From the NCBI GenBank assembly GCA_965235115.1, contig OZ249436.1:54190001-54254000 (forward strand): a stretch of 64,000 nt of DNA, read 5' to 3'. Below, one piece after another: positions 32,066-45,800 of the stretch (positions are counted from its first letter, which is position 1; the number at the start of each line of letters is the position of its first letter). A model generated the notes under the pieces. It saw only the letters and a program-made list of their open reading frames with translations. It made no database searches and was not told the DNA's origin. The stretch comes from Laetmonice hystrix. Lineage: Eukaryota. Both the position numbers and the translations under genes were made by a program.

Positions 32066-32322
32066 TGGGTGGGTGGGTATTTGGGGTTTTACGCCTTGCA
32101 ACAGCGAGGGTCATATCATGGCGGTGAGTGAGTGAGTGAGTGAGTAGTGGTGGTTTTCCGACGTGTCGGCATCCGGGGCCATCTTCACGGCGAAAACAGA
32201 GTTATAAGACCATAAAACCAAAGGAACCTATTTTATCCCGGGTCCCAACGGGATCATGGCGGTGAAGATGATGATGAAAGTTAGTTTTTCTTGGTGGAGG
32301 AAACCGGAGTACCCGCAGAAAA
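32066..32322 (-). mobile_element. SINE-like 3' fragment interrupted by a second retroposon (32128-32252)
   Basis: Core-like ttggtggaggaaaccggagtaccc and simple-repeat tail. Inner insert has a (TCAC)n tail and a 13-bp TSD ATCATGGCGGTGA (32115-27, 32253-65). Confidence 0.7.
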
Positions 32323-32974
32323 AGATGTCAGTAGACTTGTAAATAAACATATACTACCTTATAAGAAGAAAACTGCACATTATGTACTTATCAGGTTGTG
32401 TTCAAGAAAGTTCTACCCTGCTTGTATCATATAACAGTCTACTTGTATACAAATGATTATTTACCAAGCCATAAATGTATCTAAATACTATAAATTGTTA
32501 TATAACAATACCTATCATATTTCAAGTTAGTCTATAACGGTTTAAAAGGAAAATAAAAGCCCGGATGCCTAAATAATATTGGGCAAACCAAGCTGATTGG
32601 CGATATATCCCTAATTTTGGAGTAGCAAGTTGCACTGACCCACCCATGAAAACCCGTTGATATAACACATTAAGCTACTACTTACAAATGTCTATCATGC
32701 AGAAATATTAAGTAGGGATATCATACTTAACAAAAATGCATATTAGAATTTGCCCCCCAAACTGGTACCGATTGGCCATTTTTGGCCCATCTGGCTCATG
32801 GACTATAGATGTTAATCGTGACTGCTAAAAATCATGATCTGTGCTTTAGAAGTGGACATCATTTAGGAAAAGTGCAGATAATAATGATAAATATAGTGTT
32901 ACCTAGGCCAAGTGATACATCATTCTGAAGCTAATCACTTTTGGAATTAAACAGTTAAAACTTTGAAAAAATTC

Positions 32975-33620
32975 GTGTTGCCATGGTAACGGAATGGGTT
33001 TCTGAATAATAGGGATATTTTTGAAAAATAACTATTTTTCTACCAATTTTTTAGTATATGCCTCAAAAATGCAAAAACAAAAATTGTTCCTTGCATCATT
33101 TCCTTTGGTATAATACAAAATTTATGGATATTGGACCATTATTAGCAAATTTATACCCATGTGACATATTACAATGATGGAGATATATTTGAGGATATCA
33201 CGTGATCCATACTGCCAGTACTACGATACAGCTGGATCACATACCATATATTAAGTGTTTAAAATGTAGCCTGGATCTCCTTAGGCGTATATATGTTAAT
33301 TGGGGCATATACCAATTATTTGGTTTTTCTTTAAATATGGTTGCCATGGTAACGGAACTGTCCTAGTAACTGGCTTATATATATTATAATAACGATTTTT
33401 CTGTCTTTACTAGAAATATGAATGAATTGAAAGTGGTTTTTTTCAATGACATGAAAGAGACATTGTTCCTTTAATTATTTTATATATTTCTAGTTGTTCA
33501 ATGCAAAATCTATGCATGTTGAAATACTAAATAGCAAATTTACACCCACGTGACAGACTTCCCCGACTATTATTGTGAATATGTCACGTGACCCACACTT
33601 CCAGCACTCGGATACGTGCA
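32975..33620. repeat. Diverged tandem of two 360-390 bp units, probably TE-internal
   Basis: GTTGCCATGGTAACGGAA at 32977 and 33340; TAGCAAATTTA.ACCCA.GTGACA at 33143 and 33532. Confidence 0.65.
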
Positions 33621-35376
33621 GGTCACTGCTGAAATGTGAAAAAATCTGGAGATGGGACCATATTTTAATTTATTTTTCTCATTAAAAAAAAAATTACCTC
33701 AAAGGTCAAAGGTCACAGGCCATGAACTTTGGCTCAAGAATCATCGTTCATATTTGAACGATTTTACCATTGTCAGTCCTGATAGGGTTAAAGAGCTGCT
33801 TTCGATCGCACGGACGCTCCCCCCCCCCTCCACTCCATATCCAGCGGCGCCAAAACCGGGTGGGTCACATTTGTGCCACCAGAGGGCTCTGATCAAATTC
33901 GTGCGTAGCGCCCTCTTTTGTATTATATCCGCATTCTGTTGGGCGCGACAAAGTGAACGAGCATGACGTAGGTTCAACCAAACTCCAAAGAACAACTTCA
34001 AAAAACTAAATCCAAGTCCAAGGGCAAGACGAGGTGGAGGACGTGAATATACTGGACGTAGAAAGCCGTGGCAACATCCGTCCGTGCTGATAACGCTTTA
34101 GCCTTGGCCTTAGCCTAGGCGTACTAGCTACAGCCTACAAACGGTAGGTGGTATGACGTTACTCGTTAGCAGCCATAGCCTACCTAACTGTCCTAAGTAC
34201 TAACGTTAGAGATCTAGGCCTAACGTTAGGCCTACATAAAATTTAGAATAAAAGTTGACCTCCAAGACAAGTCCAACGTTACATGTTTGGCTACGTACTC
34301 ACTGAATTTATATAGATCTAGGCCTAGGCCCTGCCTATGATGTTTACTGTTGCAAATTTAAGGTTGCTTGGTTGGCCTGGGCGCCGCAGCCGCCTATTTC
34401 CATACCATAGACGTCGTCAAGACTAAAGAGTACTCTACGCTTAATAATATTATGCTATGCCTATGCCATGGCTATGCCTATCCCCTATGCTATATAATTT
34501 CAAAGTGTGTGTGTGTGTGTGGGGGGGGGGGCAACTCGATCTGTCTCAGACTCGGGTCAGTGTTTGACCTTTCTCCCCCCCCCCCCTCCAGCCCTGCCAT
34601 GCCTGCACTGCCTCTCTATTTCTCTTAGTCTTATACTAGACTAGTAGAAGTCTACTCTATAATATAATTTAAATATAGACTCTTGAGTCTTGTTATAGTA
34701 GGATTGTTAGGCTATTATTAATTTCATAGGACAGGTGTAGGCCTACAGTACATTAATACTAGGCCTTGCAGTGGCAGATTTTTTTTTTTTTTTTTTGGGG
34801 GGGGGGGGGGAGGGGAGGGGCGTATCCTGAAATTGGTTAAGACTTTTCTTTTAAGCATAAGGGGAGGTTTCCTAAATACACGTATTGTTACTTCAGAGAT
34901 AGAGATGGCCTTTTAGTCCATACCCTGTCAGGATATTAAAAAAGAGGACATCAAATAATGTAGACTGTAAGACAGAGCCTCGTCCCAGTTAGTTGCTTAC
35001 AAATAATGCAATCTCAGAACGCTTGGAAATTTATATACGAAGATTTCCTTTGGTTAAAATAATGCACTTTTTAGTTTTTACACACCAAATTACAAAAATC
35101 TCAGATCTAGTCATTTTTTTAAAGGGGGTTTCTGGGATACTTGGAAACCGCCCTGGATACTCCACTGGGGTGGGGGCAGGCCGGGCGTAAATTTTAAGGG
35201 AGCCTAGTGACAGTGCAGTACCTAGTGACACCCCCCTCCCCCTGATCTTGACCTGGCCTGGGTCCTATCAGTATGAAGTTATCCCATGGAAATAATTAAA
35301 TTTTCATAGGCCTTACGACCCAGTCACTCAAATTTCATATGCACAAGCACATCCAATAAAACCGGAATGCCTATGG

Positions 35377-36153
35377 CAGGCCTTGCGTTTTGAGGTGCGC
35401 GATCGCTCTCGCGCACCATCGCGCACCTAAATTCTCTTCTTGGCGCGTGAATTTTCGCGCTCCATGGCTTAGGAAAACGAACTACAACTGTACACAAGGG
35501 GAGGTGGGCTATGGGCAGCAACCGTCAACCCTATGAAACATGCTGAGACGTGTATCAGCTAGATGCTTCACCAGACTGGTCATAGTGTGAAAACTCATTG
35601 TCCAAACGCCAGGGTCACCATCACCTCCCATTGTTAATCGGGCTGTTACTTTCCCTGGGCATTGAAAACAATAGGGCACACTTTTATTTTTGGAAGCCAT
35701 CACATATTCACACGTAAAACAATGGGTGTTGGAGGAACACCATGCAGCTTTTGGTATATAGCAGGCTATAGTTCCCACTGGGAACCTAGAGACCCAGGGA
35801 TAATATACTGAACTAACTTCTTGACCATCCTCAGACACATGAGTGTCCATCTATAAGCCGCACCCCCAATCTATGATTAGTTTGAGGAGGAAAAAAGTGC
35901 AGCTTGGACACAGAAGATTACGGTTTAAGAAAGGAATTCGTACTGCTGGATTCAGTACTTTTATATTGTTTAAATTATCTTATGGTATCAGTTTCTGAAA
36001 TATAATTCATCAGTCAATGTATTAATTAATAAACATAGAACATTCAATTAATGTAACAAAGTGTCATTTTAGACAGGAGAGCAAATCACTCTCCTGGGCA
36101 TTTTTAGGAGGACTGTTAATAGCTCTCCACCATTTTTCAAACTGCAAGGCCTG
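35377..36153. mobile_element. Non-autonomous hAT-like element, 6-bp TSD, related to 16336-16700
   Basis: TIR CAGGCCTTGC..TTTGA; TSD CTATGG at 35371-76 and 36154-59; shares GCGCGATCGC subterminal motif with the 16336 copy. Confidence 0.85.
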
Positions 36154-36594
36154 CTATGGCCTGCTAGTGCTGTATCGGGTACGGATCCATGATTTTTTTT
36201 GGAGTTTAAAAGATATAAATTATTTTTACTTATTTTTTTTTTTTGCTATCATATACAATTATAACTTGTGAAAAAATAAGTTTACGTGACTTTTATATAA
36301 TTTATGAAAGTTTCATGCTAACTCTAAGATTAAACAAATATAATTGTCAGTCAATTCCATTGAAGGAATATTAAGAAAGCAAGCTAGGCCTAGGTTGGGC
36401 CATGATGCCGGCCAATGTAGGGCCCATGATGATCAAATAATGTTCGGGGCAGTTGGTTACTTGGTATAAATTGTGTAGTCTTGCCCAACCACACCAGGGG
36501 TGGGGTGCCCGTGGTCGTGGGTAGAGGGAACTAGCGCATGCTAGCGTGATTATAAATGCTGTTTCAGGGCCAATAATATAGGTCAGGCCATGGA

Positions 36595-36825
36595 TTATGA
36601 ATTTATGACTCGCACTTCCTTTGTGCAGCAGCCAATCAACACAGAGCTAACATCTACTCTTGTTTGAAAGCACACTCGGGGCTCCACCTGGTGAGTATGG
36701 TTTGAAAGCGTGTCCCGTGCCACCTGCTCGAATATAAGTAGCACACAGGGAGCAGACGGGAGAACGTTGGTAGAATTTCCGCTCTGTTTGCTGAACATAG
36801 CCTGAAGTAGAGAGGTAATGCTGGA
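36595..36825 (+). promoter_or_regulatory. Putative promoter and 5' UTR of the SUN gene
   Basis: ETS-like CACTTCCT (36613) and CCAAT box GCCAATCA (36631) about 200 bp upstream of the ATG exon. Short uORF ATG CTG GAA TGA at 36818 overlaps the start. Confidence 0.45.
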
Positions 36826-39800
36826 ATGATGGAGTACGAAAACACACCGGGTCCCGGTAAACGACACCAACAAGGCGAGGTGATCAGGAAAACAACAACG
36901 TCAACGTGAGTGCGGATAGCATTTTATTCGGGCAAATCATCATGATTCATGTGATATCGTCTATCGATACTGTCAACAATTTATAGACTTAGCACAGTCA
37001 CAGATCATATTACAGATCTTATAACTACATGACACTGACTGAGATTGGCCCGAACGGGTGCAGCCAGAGTCGGGTGGTTCCGAATGTGAAAGCTGAATGA
37101 TACAGTCAACGCTGAGCTGCGCAAACACTCAGTTTAGACGTAGAGTTTGAGACCCTACCGCGGCTTGGGTTGGTAGGCCGATCGCAGCGGCCAGGCCCGG
37201 GGCCAGGGGTGGGGTGGGGGGGGGGGGGGTGGGGGGGTGGGGTGGGGGGTGGGGGGGGGGGGTCACTTCAACCCAGCACCCCGTCCCTACGACAAACCTT
37301 AACAAGGTAAGCGGTGAAGGGCACGGCGACGCCAGGGCAGGAGTCAAGGTTGGCCTGGCTTAGTAAGTTACAGATCATGGCCCCGGGGTGGGGTAGGGAA
37401 CCTGGGGTAGCAGTTGCCTCTGTGATAGGCCTGTTTGCTGGCAACTGGTATGACATACTCAGTCAAGGACAAGGTGGGTTAGCCTGGTACCCTTGGAGTC
37501 AGTTGGACCCCGGGGGCGCCTGTGAATCAGATTTCCCCTTGATAACATCCCCACAAATTTTTTGGGCAGGGGTTACGGTCAGGGATAGGGAATATGTTTT
37601 TGTGAGGTGTAGGGACCAGGGGGGGGGGGGTGTTTCACTAAGTGCATCGGACCGTCCAACTGGCGACAGACAGTCTGTCGCTTGGTTGTAGAGCCTGCAA
37701 TTTTTGGTCCGTCGCCGGTCGGACGGTCCAACACGCTTAGTGAAACACCCCCCAGGGTTAGGAATAAGGTCAGGCACTCGGGGCTATGGATCTTAATTTT
37801 CGACCAAATTTTGTGGGGTTTAAGGTATCACGGGCAACGCACAGGTCTCTGAATCAGCTGAATCCTGGGGGGGGGGGCAACATTTTTAACTATTTGCTTA
37901 AGTTTCATAACCTTGATCTGCTGACCAGTCCTTGCAACTGATTTATGCCCATTTAGCAACAAAATGAGAACTCTGACAGGACTGGAAATTTGAAGGGAAT
38001 TTGGTTGAGCAGTCGGGGGGGGGGGGGGGGGGGCTTGTTTGTAAATTTGGACGGCTAAAAATATTGGAAATTTAGCTGAGGCTAATGGGTTAAAAAATGA
38101 GGGGGTATGCTTATTAGGGCATATGTGCATGCTTATTAAGTCGAATATTTTATATTTTTTAGTTGACACATGCCTTACAACTGCCAAACGTTGGCAGTCG
38201 ACTGGGCCAATCTTCCAACAAAAATCGTAAATTTAGAAGAAATGTTTGAAAACGCTCATTTATCTGATAGTTTTGCAGAACAGCAGATTTTGGGGTAATT
38301 GGTGACTCGACGAAACTGTTCCTGTTTAAATCATTGCAAAAATTAGGGGTGATAAGACAAGTTTGTTCACCGATTGTTTAGATCTATTTCTGCTGTTTTT
38401 GTGGTTTCGTTGGGCCTAAAGAAGTATGGCAAACTCAAAGTATGGGTCAGGATCGGATAGTTGGGAAGGTGTGTGAGGGTCAGTTTATATAGGGGTCAGT
38501 TGGGAGGTGCAAAATTGGGGGACATACACATACAAGGTGCTTTAAGCAGGAAACCTGCCATGTAGCATTGGCCTCCCCTGATTTCGGCACCAGTTTAATG
38601 AAACCTCTGAATGATGTCATTGGATCTCAAAGACAGCTGTATTAGTAATTTTGCATTGGCATCGGCATTGTATATTCAAGATGTGAAAGAACGTGTATCA
38701 GAGTAAAAGGTAGTCCACTTGTGCCATCATGACCATACATGGTCCAAGGAATGAAAACGAATAGAAGTGTGTAACCTCTGTTATTTATCTGGATTGCATC
38801 TCTTATGTTCTACAGTTTGGTACTGTGGCCTAGGGTAAGCTGTCAGTTAGCTCAGTTTCCTAGAGGGTGGCAGTGCAGTGAGTGTTGTTTTTGTAGCCCA
38901 CTTGTGCCATCAGTACCACATGATCCCAGGGTGTGTCAACAGTCCCTAGCCCTGCAAGGGGTTGATATCCAGGTCGCCAACTGCTCAAGCTGAATTTCTA
39001 GCTCTTTCTGTAAATGTACAATGTACTGCTTTTAAATTAATAAATAGGTGTGTTCCCGCTCGCAAAGTCTATATTTTGTAAATTACAGAACCCGGCCCAT
39101 GTTTATGAAATGTGAAATGCTGATTGTAGACCCAGATACACTACAGTGGTCCCCCTCTTAAAGACCACCCCTTATAAGCGACCACTCGCCTCTAGCGACC
39201 GCATTTCCATTGCATTAACCACTTCACACTATAATTCCACCCCTATAAGCGACCACCCGGCACTAACGACCAGCGACCGGCATATCCCTGCACCAACTCC
39301 ACCGGTCACCCCTTATCAGCGACCAGCCTTTGAGAATCAGCCAGCCGTGGCTAGTCATAACACTTGTCTCCCCATGCCCGCCTGCCTGGCACCCTGCTGA
39401 CCTAACACCAACACCGCCCCCCACCCACCCACTTCCATCCCACAATGGCCGGCCACGTGTCTCACCTTACCCGCCCGACTTCCATCACACGGCCCAACCT
39501 TCCATCACACTTTAAGCTAACGGTTTTGCTCCCCCTCCTACTACCATGCCTGTTGAAAAAACGGTATGTCACCAACTGGCTGGTTGAAGCAACAAAATAT
39601 CTGAGGCAAACCAGACTCATGTATACACAGGTGCAGAGTACGATTTCCTACATATATGCCGTCTGACTAGGATCAGTCACCATTCAGATTCAATCTCTAT
39701 TGCTGGACACATCACAGAAATGGCACCATCAAATCCTTCCAAGAAGAGAAAGTATCTCAGTTTGGACGCAAAGGTTAAAGTTATCCGCCTGAATGAGAAG

Positions 39801-42800
39801 GGGGAGAGCGCCAGGCGTATTGCAACCGAGCTAGATGTAGGCAAGACCCAAATTGGCAACATTCTCAAGATGAAAGACAGCATTCTCACGCAGTGGGAAG
39901 CAGGTACAAATGCAGAGAGGAAGGTTCTGCATGCGAGGCGTGTACTTTACTCAGACCTAAATGACAAGGTTTATGAGTGGTTTTGTGCAGTTAGGGCCAA
40001 GAACACACCTCTGACTGGGAAAATGCTACAGGAAAAGGCCATCCTCTTGTCAGTGGTGATGGGTTATGACGACTTCACTGCTAGCAATGGGTGGCTATAC
40101 AGGTTCCAGACAAGGCACAATATCAAGTCTTCAGTTCTGAGTGGGGAAGCTGCAGATGTCAGTCAGGCTACAGTGGAAGAGTGGGCCGAACGTGTAAAAG
40201 ACTTATGCCAAGGTTATGAACCCAAGAATATCTTTAATGCTGATGAAACCGGCCTTTTCTACCGTACTTTGCCGACGAGGTCTCTGGTCCAGAAGGGGGA
40301 CAAGTGCAAGGGAGGGAAACTGGCAAAGGAGAGAATTACAGTTTTGCTCTGTGCAAGCGCCACAGGAGAAAAGATAAAGCCGTTTGTTATTGGCAAGTCA
40401 CAGAATCCCAGAAGTTTCAAGGGATATCACAAGACAGGACTAGGCGTGATGTATGAAGCAAACAAAAAGGCCTGGATGACAGGAACACTGTTTGTGAAGT
40501 GGCTCAAGAAACTCAATCACCAGATGAAGATGCAGTCTAGGAAGATCTTGCTGGTCCTAGATAACTGTGGAGCTCATCCACACATGGAACTTTCCAATGT
40601 GAAACTATTATTTCTGCCTCCAAATACAACAGCAAGGCTACAACCCATGGATGCTGGGGTGATACAGTCTTTCAAGCTGCAGTATCGGAAGAAGTTACTT
40701 CGCCACATCCTACATTTGATTGAAGAATCAGCATCAGCTACAGATGTTGCCAAGAGTGTGACCATCCTGGATGCAGTCATGTGGGCGCGTTCTTCTTGGG
40801 ATCTGGTGGCAGCGGAGACAATTCAAAAGTGCTTCAAGAAGTGTGGTTTCTATGAGTGCCACCAATCAGTGACTGATGAGGACGGTCTTCAATGGGATGA
40901 TGAAGACCTGCAACCCCTATTGCCCCCTGGCATTAGGCTACAAGATTTTGTCAACTGTGACAACGATGTGCAGACTGGGTGTGACAATGATGATGATCTC
41001 CAACAGGCTGTCCCATCTACATGTACGTGTCTTGATGAAACTGAGGATTCAGTGAGCACGGATGAGGATTCAGAGGAGATGGTTGCAGAAACTAGTCAAC
41101 CAACCCCTAAAAAAGCATGGCAGAATACAGTGCAGATGTTAGACTTTGCTCTGAAACAGCAGAATACACAGATGCTGGACTGCGTTTACAAAATGCAAGA
41201 CTTGCTAAAAGAAGAATCTAGAAAAGCCGTAAATGAAATGAAACAGACAAGACTAGAGTCTTTCTTTATAGAAAATTAAATATTTTTTGTCTCTCTGAAC
41301 TTAAACCGTGTCAAATTTTAGACTTTGCTCTGAAACAGCAGAATACTCAGATGCTGGACTGCATTACAAACTGCAAGACTTGCTAAAAGAAAAGTCTAGA
41401 AAAGCGGTAAATAAAATGAAACAGACAAGACTGGAGTCTTTCTTTAAATAAAATTAAATATTTATTGTCTCTCTAAACTGAAACTGTGTCATGTTTTCAT
41501 GTGGGTTTTTTTGGGGGCAAGAATAACTCCATACGTGCCCCCCTCTTTGTCCCCTCCCTCTCACTGGGAAGTCGCCACCTAGTGTTAACTGTGTGTAGTT
41601 ATCTCATATGCAGCCACCTGGTGGTAACTATGCGTACTTAACAACCCCTCGTTTAGGCGACCACCCGCCACTAGCGACCACTTTCTCTCTGCAGCAGGGG
41701 TGGTCGCTTATGAGGGGGACCACTGTACTGTCATGAAAACCAAAAAAAGGCGATGACAAAATGAGAATTCCACTAACTGGCGATAGGGTTTAGTCTAGAA
41801 TGTGTACACTTGGCTGTCTCACAGAGGGATCTGGTGTGTTGTTGTCATCAGTTATTCTCAGTCAGAGTAGAATCATCATTAATTTTTTCATTGGATCAGA
41901 TATGGGTGAAAGTTCTATCATCTAATTGAGATACCAGGGCTTATATCACCAGTGGTAACACCAAAATCTACTTCCCTGAGCAGGATGTGTTGTGTTATGT
42001 CTTCAGGGCACTGGACCCTTAACTCAAAAACTGCTCTGATTGGCTGGTCTAAGCAGACCAGCCAATCAGAAGCGGTATGTCCCCGCCATGGTATTAAGGG
42101 CCTCTATACCAAAATTCCAATGAGCTAGCAAATCGTTCATTAAAAAAAGCTCGCCTAGGCTCATTTAGGCGAGCTTTTTATCACTCGCCTTCATTTTTTA
42201 AAAGACAAGGCCTGTCATTACTTATGTTATCAGTGCCAGCGGTAACACCAGGCTGTACTAGTCTTAGGACACGATTTGGCATGCCAACCCACTGGGTGTC
42301 TGTAGTGTACTGCCGTGAAATGACAAAAGGAAGCAAGTCCAAAAGTTCAAGTTTCGAGAAATGGACATAAACAAGTTGTCTCTACAGTGCAGTTGGATGG
42401 GCATGCTTCCTTCTGTCATGTGACTGATAGCTTCATAGAAGGATGTTTAGCAGAAATACACCCATCGATAGATAGGACTTACCAGTACTTCCCTGAATCC
42501 AAATATACACTTAAGTCAATTTTGATGAAAGTTGGACTTGCTTCCTTTTGTCATTGCACGGCAGTGTAGGCGGTTGGTTCAGCATTCAGAGTACATGTAC
42601 TTGACGCCCTAGACTTGCCCCCTTATTATCCTCACCCTGCTCAGGACTAGCACCAGCGCATGGCTGTAATATGACTACCTACTTCCCCCCCCCCTCCGGC
42701 ACTCACACACACAGAGACATGTACAGAGAAAGTTCACACACCTACCCCAACATAGAAAGTCCAGGGGGATAATAACACAAACCATCTTCATGTTTCCATG

Positions 42801-45800
42801 GTAACTGCGATGTAAAGTTCACCAGGTTCAGGTTATTGGCAGGGATCCATTTCCTGAGTGAGGGGTGCAGTTGCAGTAGTACGGGGTGTCTAGAAGACTA
42901 GGTGAAGTTTCCTGAGGATATAATGTGCCAACACTGAAGATTTTGAATAGTGCACGAGATATGGAACCTGTAGCCAGTGTAGGTGAGCTAACTGGGTATT
43001 TAATGTGACAGCAGTTACAGCTCCTAAAGGCCAGATGTAATTTGTAAAACTGGTGACACCATTACGGCTTGCCATCTCCTGCAGGGATTGAAGGGATCGC
43101 TGACGGCTGGGCAAGTCAAATTATAGACCACATACAGTAGCAGGGTGGCCAATACATTGATCTTTGTAAGAGACACTTATGAACCAAACAACGGTTAAAC
43201 CTGTGAAAGTATTTGGGACAAGTTTTTTTAACAGCCCTTTTGTCCGGTAGTACGAACCATACTGAAATTGACCATCCTTGGGTGCATTGGATTCATGGGT
43301 GTTTTGGATGAGTCATGGACCCGTAGAAACTGCCAACTGCCAGATACTATAAAAAATAACTGGGTCAAACCGAGGGTTATCACTGGCCAAGGATTCTCAC
43401 TGAAGTGTTAAGAGAGAAGGCCCGATAATGACTGCATTATCAACAAAATATCTAGAGCTGTGTATATACGTGCTCCAATATGGAAACACTCCTGTCCTTG
43501 TGAATCCGTGAATAACGATATAAAAACAAAGCCACCCACTTATGGCAGCAGGCCTGTTATGAATAATCTAAAATCAGATTGAATCTTTTGTCGTCCACAA
43601 ATCTTGCAATAAAATGATGCCCCAACAAGAATTATGAATGGTTTTGGCATATAAATATAAAATAAAGTACATGTAATTTAAAGCTAATGCAAAACCAGTG
43701 CTGCAGGAATGGGTGAATCGCCTAATTAATATTGACTACACACCCTGTTATGAAGAGAAACACAGACTTCTATACAAAACCATGGCGGTTGTTTGCAGTC
43801 ACAAGCCCATTGATCTCACTAAAGTTCTGTATTTTAGAAGTAAACAAACATGTATGTTACTGAACAGTAATAAAGGTATAAATGTCGCAAATTTATTGAG
43901 CCCTGACCGATTATCTTGCAGCACTGTAGTTGAGCAACACACCCCCAGGGGGCAGCACGTGGAGCCGTTCGTGTACAGGGAAGACGATTGGGAAGTGTAA
44001 GTACAAATTGTCAATTATTGGCCTTAGTGTTAGACTCAACCAGCACTTGACGGGTAATGAGTGAGTAGAGGATTGTGGGAAAGCAATGAAGGTCAAATAG
44101 GTAATGTTGGCAACATTGATTGAATCGGGAACCGATTTGGTTGGTTGATTATGGTCAGCCGACCCAATCTGTCTGTGCACCCGGCTTTAGGTATCTTCGA
44201 GTGTGCATTTTAATGCCATGTGTTTACTTTAGTGACATGTCATGTTTACATACTTTTTATGAAGTGTTCTGTGAAATTATATGATTTTTTATGACAGACG
44301 GCTAACCACCTTTTTAGCTCCAATCATTGAGTTGAGATACATGTGTTATGACATGTAATGAGGATACAAGATTGCAGATGAAGGGGGCTTTATTGCTATC
44401 CTGCTAAATAAAGAATTCTGACCTGCCCAATCTTTTAATTTACCTGCCAGTTTTAAGCTTGAGGTAAAGATTAACTATACATATTGTTCGAAAATAACTA
44501 AAAGTAATGAGATTGGAGTTTTCCCAAAGCTAATTTTTAAACTGTTGTAAACTATGTTGTAGTTGTAGTTGTGGTTTATTCTAATAAAAGACTTGGCTCA
44601 GTCATTTAAATCATAATGTTCTGTACTAGCAATTAGAATTCCTTAAATTTCAGATACTGCATAAAAAATGTGATGGCATGTCGTCATGGATTCCGTTAAT
44701 CATACGTTTGTAAATCTCTCATGTAAAGCTGTAAAAATGTGATTGATTTCATGCTAGCAGGCACAGTAACGTTCGTGGAAGGCATGCCTGTATCCGTAGA
44801 CCGGCTGAGTTGCAGTAGTTGACAACCCTCACAAGTCCAATCATATTACAAATGGCCTGCAAAACTTTCGCTTTTAGTTCCTGTTCTGGTGGTCAGGGGG
44901 TGCCATACTGGGGTTGTCTCGTACTAACTTTGTGTGTCGCTTCCCCAGAGTGAAGCTCCCGCCAGGTGGCCAGGTGCAGGTTCCAACACACTCCATGGGG
45001 CCCATACAAACGTGAGCAACTTCTACGTCAGAGAAATGTTTTCTCGCACTCTCAGCTTCAGCTTGGCCAGCCTGACAGTGTTTTAAAAGAGATTGGCCTT
45101 GCGTTTCTTGCCTTGTATAAATGTACCTGTCTGCTTGCACTGCAATAATTTTACTATGATTGATTCATGGTGAAAGGAAAGGGGACTGTATTTTAAATTC
45201 ATTAGTTGTTTTCAACTCTATTTTCTTTCTGTCTGACCTTAGAAATTACGAGATAGATATAGAAGTATTTAAGGGTTGGATTGGGACCGGCAGTTCCTGT
45301 CAGCAGATAGTTTGCTCCAAGTGTTACCTTGTTGTGTACATAATCCAGGCCTCGAATTACAAGTTAAAAGGGGCACGGCAAAAATTGCCGTCGAGGGCCT
45401 TGTTAAAAGGAGGGCACCACAGCATTTTCAACAAGTTTGGAAGGGCACCACGGCAAATTTACTTCTCCAGGGAGGGGCACCAAGGCATTTACAATTAAAT
45501 CTGAATATGCGAAGGTCAATGTCTTGGAAAGTGATCCTGAAGTGATTTAACGAGGTTGAATATAGAATATCTAAACTTTGTTAAGGTTTTAAGCTTTTAG
45601 AAAGTCGGGTTATTAAGATTGTGAGACAGTGGGGTGTCATCTGGCCTGCGTCCACATTAGCGCACACGACAGCAAGGGAAAAGGGCATCACGGCACTGGA
45701 CTGCCGTCGATGAGGCAAAAAATAGGAGGGCACCATGGCAAAAGGAAAGGGCACGACGGCAATTGCCGTCGATGCCGTCGTGTAATTCGAGGCCTGATAA

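Larger units (their letters stand above)
29050..32805. mobile_element. Outer TIR element (TAG termini, possibly Academ-like) hosting nested insertions
   Basis: Inverted ends TAGTCCATGAGCCAGAT.GG...ATCGGTACCAGTTTGGGGGGCAAATT at 29050-29098 and 32748-32805. No clean TSD seen. Confidence 0.7.
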
